A stretch of 63,989 nucleotides of DNA, filler included, from Phoronis australis (lineage: Eukaryota; Animalia; Phoronida): assembly GCA_002633005.1 (NCBI GenBank). It is 6 parts of 6 records of this genome, joined end to end, with 100 filler letters (N's around TTAATTAATTAA, not from the genome) between each part and the next. Parts side by side here need not be neighbours in the genome. Positions count along the whole stretch, not along the records: positions 29,901 to 42,052 come from NMRA01001190.1; positions 42,153 to 58,723 come from NMRA01000608.1; 4 more parts are not named here. One strand, given 5' to 3'. Within the stretch, counting starts at the first letter, position 1. Every line of letters begins with the position of its first letter. Of the stretch, positions 40,587 through 52,098 are shown piece after piece. The notes under the pieces were generated by a model. It was not told where the DNA came from. It saw nothing but the letters and a program-made list of their open reading frames with translations, and did not search any database. The position numbers and the translations under genes were made by a program.

Positions 40587-42152
40587 GTACAGTTGCAACT
40601 ATGTATACTTGACCTAGTTACTAAAAAATTCTTTGATTATCTTTGCAAGTGTTGGTGTAGGCTGCATGCAGGGTGTTTGTATACATGTATGTGTGTATGA
40701 ATAGTGTAGTGATTAGGCCTGTCTCACCTGGTCATGAGGGTTTGTACCCCACCAGATAATGAGGGTGTCTGCTTCCAGGTGTGCAGGCTCTCTGTCTCAC
40801 CTGGTCAGCATCTGCTGTCTTTAATGTACAGTTAATTAGCTATTTTACCTCAACTGAGTAGGCGGACATTTTGTTATCTGGCATAGGGTGTGGGAGAATA
40901 GATGGTTTACCATCACTTCTTTTCAAGTCATAACATGTAGTTGTCACTTAGCTTATGCTTTCATGAAATTAAGTGAGGAAAGCATTTTTATAAACTTTGT
41001 CTTTTTGATGTTGATTGGACTAATATTTGATTGGTTTTTATCGCTGGTAAGGTGATAAAAGTCCAACCATGGATTGGTTTTAAATTAATCTTCGTTTTTT
41101 TCAACAGGGGTGTTGTTATCATGGTGTTTTGCTGATAACAGTTTTGTGAGCCACTCTATAAACCTCTCATATTTATCATGCAGCAAGTAAAGTCGATAAA
41201 TTCAGTTTACAATTACAGGTATCCAAATATGAATGCAGCTAATTATGTACATTTAGTATATATGTGCATTAATCAATAGTTCTACTTGGTAAGGTGTTCC
41301 TGATTTTGTTATGAGACAGCAGTTCATTGATTGGAGTAGTTCTTAAAGAGGTTGAAGGAGCTAGTATATTGTATTCTATTACCTTTAAATGCTCTGATGT
41401 CTTTGGCACCAGTCCTGTCTTCAGGTGGATAGTCTCCGTCCTCAGCCCTGTCCACCACGACCTCTGGAGGTACGCCAACCGAGTTGATCAGGCTCGGTCC
41501 AGGACTATATGGCTCGTATCGTCTCACTTACCGGCCCAGGACTATGTGCCTGGTATCGTCTCTCTACCGGTCCAGGACTGTATGGCTCATATCATCTCTC
41601 CTATAACTTCAGTGAGGCAGCATCACAAGCCTTCCCACTTCCTCCAGACTTCTTGCACCACTGTTCATTCCTCTTCTTCCATATCCACTGTGACGCCCTC
41701 TCCGCTTGCTCACTTACAATACCAATGGCCTTCTTCCTGTATTCTTTCTCATAGAAACATAACTATTGTTTATGCACAGTGTAACACATTCCATGTATAT
41801 AGTGCAAATGTACCTAGAGCTGTAGTAATTTACATGTCTTGTTGCCCCATGTAAACTGTGGCCAACCGATGACAACCTATAAACTGGTCACATTTTCAAT
41901 CTATTAGCAGCGCCTAGAGTTCACAACTGAAAATCTAAAGGTGTCTCGGAAGACCATAGAAACTTGTACGTGTCAGATGTGTTGCAAGTACTGTCGAACA
42001 GGTTGGGGCAACAGGTTAAAGCAGGACGTGGACACACAGGTTACGACCATCTNNNNNNNNNNNNNNNNNNNNNNNNNNNNNNNNNNNNNNNNNNNNTTAA
42101 TTAATTAANNNNNNNNNNNNNNNNNNNNNNNNNNNNNNNNNNNNNNNNNNNN

Positions 42153-43997
42153 TAGAGTTCCCGTTGAAAACATTGGACCTATTTCGAGTGAAACTACCTT
42201 CAAGTTTCTCTATTCTTTTAGCCAAAGCATCGATCATAGTGACCATTTTATCAGTTTTATCACCACTATCAAGAGAGTGATGTGACTGCGATTTTCTGCT
42301 GAACTCAATGTCTAAACGACGGGCGTAAATCAGTAGCTCGCCAAATGATTCTTCGCTATTGTGTTCCACAAAATTCTTTAGACCAAGTCTGACGTCATTT
42401 GACAGCAAACCAGACACAAAATGTGATTTTAGCACAGATGGCAGCGCCTCTTTCGGAATGGGACCTGATTCAGACATTTTCATTTGAACTACTAATTTCT
42501 CTAAACGCCCAGCCCATTGCTTAACGCTTTCATTTTTATCCTTTCTAGAACTGTAGAATTTTTCAACAATTTTTCCAACAGGTAACACATCACCGTATCT
42601 AGACTTTAACTTACTAAGTAATTCGTTTACAGACAAATCACATTCAAGCAATTCAGCCGCACTGCCCCTCAACGAGCGTCTGGTAGCTTGTTTCAGAAAA
42701 CCATCGTTTTGCAACGTAACCTGCAAACACTGAACTTCGCCTAACCACTGCTGAAAGGAAATACCCGAGCTCTCACTACCTGAAAATGCGGGTAAGCGAA
42801 CAAGGTCACTATGAAAAACATTACCCCATGAGTTCACACTTGAAGACGCATGTTTACTCTCAACACTGCAAGGGTGCCGGACCCAACAACAGATGACACA
42901 ATTATCTTTTGAACAGGAGACAGCTCCCCTATCAATGAAATCAACGATGACATATTTTCATAACTTTTACCGGCACATTCACGGAGAAATGACTCATCAG
43001 TAACAGTAGCTTTTGAAATTTTTAATTTGAAATCCTTGAAATGGTTCTTACGTACAAAATTAACACACTTGTTAACCATTTTTTCAGAATCAAAGACGAT
43101 ATAAAAGAATAAGTTAACTCGCCAAGCATGCTTAACGCCATTGCGAATTTCAGCGGGCAGAAAATTCAACAACTCACCATCCTCACACTCTGGTACGTCA
43201 CCAACAATCACACATTTGTCACACAGCGAATCCATGACAAAGGATGAAATATAAGGAACATGAACAAACTAAGAATCACCCCAATAATGTGAGATAACTT
43301 GACCTACAGCATGAAAATACACTAGTTTAAGAAATTAAAGAACTCTCAATACCCGGCACATAAAGTGAACTTATGTCAAACAACAGTAACACAAAACATT
43401 TTCAGTGACACAAAATGCAACTGAGTCCAGTTTCCTGCAGGATTGGGCGTCGTCAAACACATAGTCCAGAAAGTTCCGTTCTTGGCGAGCACGAGGATCT
43501 GTTCCAGACACCACCACGAACTTGTGACCACGATAGTAGCAAATTAAGACATTGTTCTTTCCAGAAAATTCTTACCCTAGTCGGGACATAAATCTTGTAA
43601 AGTCAGCAAGCAGTTCAACTTTCCATGCAAGGCCGTAGCACGGTCATAATTTTACAGACGTCGTCAGAGAGAAGTTCTGGTTTGTTCGATTTACGTTGGG
43701 CGCCAAATGTAACCCAGCAAGTCTCCACTGAACTTCAAAATATGTATTTTCTCTCATCAGGCATTCGTTTCAGTTCAATTTGCACATGATAACGATCAAC
43801 TTTCCATGAAAGCAAAAGAAGGAAACACCCTTCTCCTAAGCCTGTCGCTAGCGAAGTGCCCGACACATACAGTCGCCCACATGCCCACGTAACGAAGGCG
43901 CACTGAGACGCAACAAAGACATTAGCATAAGAATAACTGAACATTTGCAACTAAATAAGAATAACAATAAGCGTAAAGTTACGAACGTCCCGTCACA
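42153..43997 (-). mobile_element. 5' part of a Ty3/Gypsy LTR retrotransposon: LTR, PBS and PNMA-like gag, truncated by a gap
   Basis: 290-bp LTR TGTGAC...GTTACA (43708-43997); PBS TGGCGCCCAACGT (43693-43705, tRNA-Lys-type); gag in two frames (42834-43235 and 42153-42837) with RLPAFSG, SFQQWL, RRSLRGSAA, ESVKQWAGRLE. Confidence 0.92.
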
Positions 43998-44648
43998 TTG
44001 ATATAATGTTTTTTGAAATCGTCACGTATCTCATGTACATGTACAAGTACTTATGGCCAACCAAAAGTCTGTACACGTAATCCTTCAGTTTTACTGTGCA
44101 TATTGACTGGATACCAGACATCAATTCTTATTATCAAGTTACTGTTTGCCCCAACACTGTGTTTGTAACAAATGCTCAGTGTGTCCCTGACGTAAAACCA
44201 CTATAGCTACACGGCTAATTGTTCAAGCATCACAATGAAAACAAAACCGCGAGTGCATACACGTTTGGAGCGTCTTTCAATTATGTCTATATTCTGACAG
44301 ACGTTTCCCAACCCATGTTGTCAAAAAGGTGCGTCAACTTTATACGCAAAAACATTACATGAATAATGCAATTAATGGCTAATATACACTGTCGGCCCAG
44401 ATTTGTCACATCAAACTTTGAGAAAAGCTTATTAACTTAAAAAGTCATTCTGAGTGAAGGTAGCACAGTTTTTTCAAAGCCAGTCTAATTTTATTTGTTG
44501 AAATCTCGTTGAAGTGTACGGAGTAGTGGTACGGTATGGTTAATATTAAAACGGGATCTTTTCTATGAGTCAATATCATTTCCACACGGAATTGTACGTA
44601 ACTGAAGAAATTAAATTAGCGGGGGATTCAATGAACAACAACGCATAC

Positions 44649-44798
44649 CTTCACTGCATGTCATTCCTTTAAATCCAGTAACACAGGAACAGCCGTATGG
44701 ATCTATTGTGCACACGTACTTTCCCCGACATCCTTCCTCATTATCCACCTCGGAGCACCTGGATAAGCAGTCACTTCCAAACCGATTATCTCCACAAC
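44649..44798 (-). CDS. Tie/TEK-like receptor, EGF-like repeat 2 exon (CGDNRFGSDCLSRC...CTIDPYGCSCVTGFKGMTCSE)
   Basis: 150-nt phase 1-1 exon; DPYGCSC is characteristic of Tie EGF2. Confidence 0.92.
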
Positions 44799-44872
44799 CT
44801 TTGGACACACATTAGTCAAAATTAAACTTACAACACATGAGAAAATAACCTATTTACCTGGAAGCAGAACTA

Positions 44873-47367
44873 CAGCACACATCACGAATTTTTGGCCGCC
44901 CGGTCGGAAATTGGTCGACGACTAGCCGTCGACCGGTCGGCTAAAAATTAGCCGACCGGCAGCCGCCCGCAGTGCCGACTCATAAGGCGACTCCCCAGCC
45001 GACCCTTCAGCCGACCGGCCATCAGCCGACCAGCCGGTCGGCTGCTATTTTTAGGCTAGAGTAGCAGTTGCGTNTGCCTGTAAAAGAGGTACTCCCAGGA
45101 TCATCAAGCATGTGTATGTTTTTATTCTAATGAGGCGTGCTTCGAATGTAGAATTAGTAATTATACTTTTGCAGTGGTTCATAACAAACGGATTCATTAA
45201 ACCCAGTAAATATTTTTGCAACTGCTGACTCTGCATATCAGACGTGCATATTGCATCATACCTCATCAGAGTAAAACTTGTTATCAGTCAATCATAGTAG
45301 AAAAAAATATTTTTATCATTGCCACAACACGTTAACAAACGCAGTGAGTGTCTGTAACTGTTGTGTCTAGATTGCTGATGAACTATAGTCGGTCTACGTG
45401 TATTTCCATTTTTATATCACTGATTCATGCCAAAGGTTTGAAATTGCGCCCCTTTAAGAGTTTTGACTTGCCCTGTGATCACTAGAATCCGATGCAATAA
45501 ACTTATAGAAGTTGTTTTTTAACCAGTGTAATATAGCTGAAAATTGTGTGCGTTTTGGTTTGCGAGAGTGTTCTTTTTGAATCAATGGGTTAATCATTTT
45601 ACGCTCTACATGAAAACACAGACTACTTTTTTAGGATTACATGTACCAGGTTACCCCGAAAATATTATTTTCAAAATTTTACCCCTTGGAGTATACGCGA
45701 AACGCCAAGTATTGTGTTCTTACGCAAAAGGGCTCGGAAGGCTGTAGCCTTGGTGCGAAGCTGTTTACTAAATTAAATATACAAATTTGCGCCATCGTGG
45801 GTAAAAACTCACCGAATAAAATCTTCCTAGAGTAAACTAAATTATTTACCAGCGTTGCAAAAATGGTTTTCTACAATTATTCTGCTGCTAAAGTTATGTT
45901 GCGATCTTATGCGTCGACTTTCGCCCCAATGAAATATTGCGTCACCTTTTAGCCAGTTTCTTTTTCCCAGATTCTTCAATCAAACGTTCTCCCTCGAGGT
46001 TACGTAAACGTCACAACAAATGATCAGAATTGGTTTCATTTCATTATGTTTTTGGAATTTTGATATCAGTGAACCGAATTTTAGAACAAATTTTGCTGAG
46101 ATGTGTTCATCATCTAATGGGAGATGTTGAAAACAATTTGGAAGTGGCGCGTGTCACAATGAACTTTTTTCAAAACGACGATATACGTTTTTTCGTTAAA
46201 AAGGCAGAGAGTTACGCAAGAAGATGACGTCGGATGTTTCTCACTTAAACGGCCGTAACGGGCAACTTGAATGCCAATTGACTTCCAGATTTTGCATGCA
46301 CACCCGCCAGTCTTGAGCTCATGTTGATACAAGCTTTTCGACGAGGTGACAAACGTAACTATCCGGGCTGTGTGAAGTATCGAGGTCTGTTTGGTCTCAA
46401 TAAGCAGTGGCACCTTGCTGTATTTTGAAAATAGTCTTCATGCAACTAGCTGGCTACATAGGAAGGCTCTAGTTTCGAAAAGATGTTTTACTGCGAAAGT
46501 GACAACAATTTCTGAATGATGATGGATGATGGATGACACTATAAACCGATCAGTCTTCCGTTTTCATGCGCCCATGATTTAATATCGGCGCTATGTTCAA
46601 ACCATTGTTTATGTTGTTTCTAAAATAAAATTGGGTTCTATTGCTGTACCAACATATTAAGAAATTATACAGAAATAAGCAATAATTATCTGTGGTAAAT
46701 CGCAATATACAGCGTGATGAAGTGATCATCAAGAGCAATAACGGATGAGCGCAAATGCATGATGCTTGTTGAGCATTCCGCTGCATGAAAACACTTGAGG
46801 TCGTGTATTGAGTGTTGTATTCTGATTGTTATGCAATTTTACTGTAAATTTCAAATTTCGTGCTTGTTTTTGTGCAAAATGTACTGTATAAAAAGTCTCA
46901 TATCTAAATTTAGAAATTATGCTTCCGCGATATCACTTAACGTTTGATTTTACCACGCCGTCATTAATTCAACATAAAGTTTTAGGCTGGTGAAATGTCA
47001 CGCACTTCGTATTTGTAGGTTGATTCGATTTTATTTCCTTTCAATAGTTGAACAAAAGTTTATAAACCGATGTCAAGACTTGAGTTGCCAGTGGTGAACG
47101 AACAGCGAACTGTAAAATATTTGTTTGGCCAAAGTTCACCCGTTAAGTCATCAAATGGTAATTGCCGACCAAGGACACGCTTAATCCGAATTGGTCGTCT
47201 ACGCTAGGCGACCACTTAGCCGACCCAAGTGCCGACCACAGAGGCGACTCAGTAGACGGCTCCTAGCCGACCGTTGTTGGTCGGCTGCTGGTCGGCTAGA
47301 CGACCGGTCGACGGCCGGTCGTCCACCAATTTCCGACCGGTCGGCCAAAAATTCGTGATGTGTGCTG
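44873..47367. mobile_element. 2.5-kb non-autonomous TIR element with GC-rich GCCGAC subterminal arrays, intronic
   Basis: ~70-bp TIRs CAGCACACATCACGAATTTTTGGCCG.CCGGTCGGAAATTGG; TA on both sides; contains a nested repeat. Confidence 0.85.
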
Positions 47368-48243
47368 TACTCTCAAAAGTACACAAAAACGCTGATAACA
47401 ATTAGCGTTAATGTCATTTGGAAAGGACACGTGCCTGACAGTACTCGGTCTGTAAAATACGTGTTCCCAACTATTGTAAACGATATATCACGCTCATGTA
47501 CCACGCTGTTGCTTAAATTATCACATTAGCTAATCTCTCGGTTTTATGATGAAACTCAGTGAAATTGTCATTATGACGTTTGAGGCCATGGGTAGCCTGC
47601 GTACCATACTAGCAGTGGGAAAGGCTCCGGGACTTGGTTGACAAACTGTTTTTAGCAATTGCTATGTGAACAGCTAGACCGCCCACTAAGCTGACGCCTA
47701 TATTTACTCTTAAAAATTAAATAAAACGTAGACGTAAAGAACTTTAAGACGGAATAATTAAACGTCGTTTGAATTGCCAAATAAATTGACAAGTGACATC
47801 CAGTGAAATTGGCTGTGCATACCCAGCATATATTTCGGTGGATAGGCGTATCCATCTTTATTTTTCTTTCTTATAGTAAAGATAATGGTAAGCATTTATG
47901 GGTAACCGGCTGATGTGCACCTAAGGTAGGGAATCCGTACGACCTGTATTATTATCATCCAACAAAGACGCAACAAAGGAAAATAACGGTAGCGTCCCAC
48001 AGGCTATAACCATGCGATGCTCTTACATGTACGTCGGTCGCATGGATCTTAAAAGTTACTTACAAGTTAAACAACAGCTTGCAACCTCCAAACGGCGTCA
48101 TTTGGCCTGGGTATACTGTTGAGACTGGTGTTACATTTTTACAGAGTCAGTTAACTGCTTGAAAAATGAAATCTCGTTTCGGAATTTGTTAGCTACACTC
48201 AAACAAAGTAATGGTGATTCAATTTACTAAATAGTTCTCTCAC

Positions 48244-48375
48244 CTGTTGAACAATTGTGCCCCATAAACCCGGGAGGGCAGATGCACTCCCCAGTTATGT
48301 CGTGACAAATGCCCCCATTCAAGCATTTTGGACACTCGCCAGTGCAATCAGCGCCATATTTACCACTTTTGCAAA
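48244..48375 (-). CDS. Tie/TEK-like receptor, EGF-like repeat 1 exon (CKSGKYGADCTGECPKCLNGGICHDITGECICPPGFMGHNCST)
   Basis: 132-nt phase 1-1 exon; TGECICPPGFMG matches Tie EGF1. Confidence 0.93.
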
Positions 48376-50266
48376 CTGGAATGACACAGATTAATCGACG
48401 TCTTACCGATCCACAGTCAATAGATTCACGATAAGAGCTCAGTTATCTTAGGGAGTTTAACATGTTATTCATTATAACTGGTCGACAACTGCCCCCTTTC
48501 TTGGAATATCTGTTAATTACTTATTTTCAAACCATCAATTCTAACATTTTTATATTCTCATGATGATAACATAAAGCGCTCCAAAAATCCTACCAGCCAG
48601 GTAAAAACATGTGCGCAGGGATTTTACAGAGTTGGCCATAATATTCAGAGACATGAAATTTTAAAGGTAACTTGAACATTCTCATTCACCATTCTGGGAC
48701 CAAAAGGAGTGCCGTCGACAATCATAAAACGGCAAGTAAATAGTCCATTCTTTCGACTAGAATCCCATTGAATTTTGGCAAACCTTCGAAACATGTTCGA
48801 CAATTGTCATTCTGGCCATGTGAAATCGCGACAAATTGTCTTGAGATTCCATTTATAAATAAACCAGTAGCGTCTACACCCAATGATTTCACACTTTACT
48901 CCGACAAAATTGTTATTGTATTGTCACAAAATTTCCTGTAAACTGCTAGATAATCATGTCAAAATGATCCTCCAAGCTAATTTCCAGACTGTATGAGTTT
49001 TGTTGAACGTTGTCCAATTTATTTTGGAGTCCACTGGATGAATTGTCAAAAGCTCCTCACCTCACCTCTTCGTTGCTTGGACCGAGGTCGAAAATACTTG
49101 ATAAATCGAAATACAAAGAAGTCCGTTCTTCTGGACATTGAATTTACGTTATGGATATATGCTTTTGCGTGAGAGTACACAAAAGTTGAACTCACTTGTC
49201 CTATATCCACACTGAACTAACGGTAGTTTCAGTTGCCTTCACTGCTTAATATTCCATTTGATGTTAAGACATGGATTAATTGAGTCTACGAGAGTCGAAA
49301 TGAAATTGAAATTTCCTTTCCATGTTCGCTGTCAGTACTAAGTTGGATCAATCACATAACCTGCAATCACTACCGGCATTTTTGTTCGAAGGATTAGGCC
49401 AGCGCATACACGGTAAATAACTAGGCCTACCTACATGTATATTTAAAGCGCTAATCCCTGTTTAAATTCTTTCGCTGCATAAATGTCTGCAGGCAGCCAA
49501 AAGGACGTTTTAACAGACGGTATTTGTGGACTTTTGGAGAAAAGTTACATGTATGCTTTGATTTTGAAGAGAAAATGAGTTCAATTTTTAAGTTCATTTA
49601 TTTAATTGTTTTAGAAAATGCTTCCTCTATGCATTTGTCATGGTGGCTAATGTCAGTAGAAATAGAACTAATGAAAAACGGTTACTTGCAGCAGATGCTG
49701 CATGTGTTCGGATCCCGTGTACTCAAGATCTGTATATTGCGTGAAACCAGCAGCTTGATCGTGTTCACAACGGCAACATGTTTTTAAGGTCACCGGAAAC
49801 CACTTACATGCATGCTGCGTAACTGATTAAGAACACATGTATGTCAAACCCAAAGGATTGATCGCTGTCAACTGCTTTCATTTTCCAAAGACTGATACCA
49901 CTCTTCGTTTCGCCAAGAAAACTAACTCTGATGCTCTAAAACGAGCCAGTACAGTTTGTGTTTTATTCAGGTGAGGCAAAATTTGATGTATGGTAAGCAA
50001 GTGAAGTTTGTAGACATTTTAGACACTGAAATTGGTCTCAGTTTGTTTGCCACAAATTGCGTTATTGGACTGGCAACTGATGTTCTGTTGACTTTCTGTA
50101 ATAGGCAAACATCTCCGGCAGAGTCCTATAGTTCGGTATTGTACAAAATTAGCCATTTCTCAACAACAAAACCAAGCAATTGTTGTTCAATTGATTTGTG
50201 TAATTTACAAGCAACTCTTAATGAAATCCTTCTTAACGGGAAGAATAGAAGAAATTTCTTATTAAC

Positions 50267-50512
50267 CTCTAACAATCAGGCGGGTTATGCCAAGAATGTT
50301 TCCAGTTGATCTGTATATAGTATATACGCCGCCATGTCCCACATCTACGGAGGTGATGGTGTGAGCTAGGTTACCATTCCAGCCAATTATGTCACCGCTG
50401 TTGTGAAACCCATCGTTGTCTTTCTTCCATTTGATCTCTGACGAATCTACTCCTTCAAATGTTAGAGTCGCATCGTCACCTACGCTTACTCTTGTTGTAA
50501 ATCTGCTCGTCG
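50267..50512 (-). CDS. Tie/TEK-like receptor, Ig2-like exon (TSRFTTRVSVGDDATLTF...IKWKKD...GGVYTIY...ITRLIVR)
   Basis: 246-nt phase 1-1 exon; strong polypyrimidine acceptor; RLIVR precedes EGF1 as in Tie. Confidence 0.88.
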
Positions 50513-50718
50513 CTACAGAAGAAAAGAAACACTTAGCATAATAAGTCTGTGCCTTATTTGTATTTAAGCGATAACAGTGGCATTGGCAGGCAACCTCTGC
50601 TTCGGTTCGCGAAATCTTCGAGTGGTAAACAAATCAAAAAGTGAACCGGGTATGCTTCACGTGAATACCTGTACCAATTGGATTTAAAATTTATGACACT
50701 TTAAACATAGATTAGTAC

Positions 50719-50964
50719 CTGCACTGATTGGTTGTCCCCATACTTCCACTTCACACAAAGACAAGGTTTCAGATTTGCTGTTGCCGTTCTTGATGATGTA
50801 CAAGTATCTCCCAATGACGGGACGGTCACAAGATATGTACACAGTAGTGGCGTCACTGATGGTACCGGTGTGGTGTTTGCACAGAGCGTCGGTAGAGGTC
50901 GCTGGTGGTGTGTCACTTGTATTGGAGACCCTGACTTCGAAATCTCTGAGCGAGTCGGTGAGAC
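50719..50964 (-). CDS. C-terminal half of an F-type lectin (fucolectin/FTP) domain (LTDSLRDFEVRVSN...LC...ISCDRPVIGRYLYI...LSLCEVEVWG)
   Basis: 246-nt phase 1-1 exon in a frame not listed in the ORF track; GRY and LCEVEV hallmarks. Confidence 0.88.
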
Positions 50965-51390
50965 CTTGAGTACATATGATTGCAATTTTGTTTGTGCTGA
51001 TCGCCTATCATACAGCGTATTCCATAATAATTTGCTAAGAATAAAATAACTAAATGTGTCACGCTAGGGAGCAAGTGAACAATGTGTTGGTGTAATGAAC
51101 ATTTAAGTCATCTCCACGACAGCTTATGGGGTTTACAGCATGTGTTATTTACAGTTGTCGTCAATGTGTTCCTGGCTGTGCCACAATTTATCCAAAACTG
51201 ATGGTCCACAAATAATTTGACTTCTTGTTCCCCTTTAGGGTTAGATTGCTTGAGTTTTTTGAATAATCAGTTGAATACAGGAGTATCAAACCAAATTCAA
51301 ACTACTTTGTCACCTGAGTCCAATAAAAACATGGTACTTAGCAAACCAATTAAACAAATGAAAATCAACAGTAGCAGACCAATGTCATAC

Positions 51391-51600
51391 CTGAACACAG
51401 GCTCACGTCACAATAAACCCATCCACCACTTTTAGGGTAACACCACGGTCCTCCCACCATATTATCAGGATTCCTGCAAAAATAACTTCCGCGCAGATAA
51501 GGCCACCTTGTATCGTTCCACATTTTGCATGGGGAGTTGTTATTAGCTTTTCGGACTGTACCCATGTAGTCTCTTCCTCGTTGGGTCTTTTTGCAGTCAT
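51391..51600 (-). CDS. Kringle domain exon (DCKKTQRGRDYMGT...PCKMW...FCRNPDNMVGGPWCY...YCDVSLCS)
   Basis: 210-nt phase 1-1 exon; six Cys; CRNPD and PWCY motifs. Confidence 0.93.
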
Positions 51601-52057
51601 CTAGAAATCGTCATCGGATTTTTGGTGACTCTAGCCCGACATTTATGCTTCATACATGTACCATGGTATGAACAATGTCCACAACCAACAACTTAATATT
51701 ATATGTGGGTTTAAGAGTTAGCTTTCTCGGTAGTGATGTAGTGGGAAATGTAACTTTGTGACTTCTGGGCAACCATTTTATAATTATATTGGGGAATGCC
51801 AACACATCATTTCAATTTACGAATTTTTGTCCAATGATAGCTATGATGTAACGGCAGCCAATTTTGTATCAACTGTAATGTATTGCTTTTTGTGAATAAC
51901 ATGTGTATTTTGACTCATGCGCTCCATGCGTACGTGAAGGAGGGATTACGTGATGATGCTGGAAAGAGTTTGAAAGGTTCCGAAAACACGCAAAATATAA
52001 TCGCTACGCATTTATCAAGCAAGTGACCCAACAACTGTTTAAACTGTGGACTGACAT

Positions 52058-52098
52058 CACACACACACACACACACACACACACGCGCGCGCGCGCAC
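52058..52098. repeat. (CA)n(CG)n microsatellite
   Basis: Directly visible. Confidence 0.9.

Noticed and set aside
50701-51049. ORF-track translations at 50701-50985, 50732-51049 and 50775-50969
   Set aside because: Wrong frames or strand; the real exon is the FTP C-half in another minus frame
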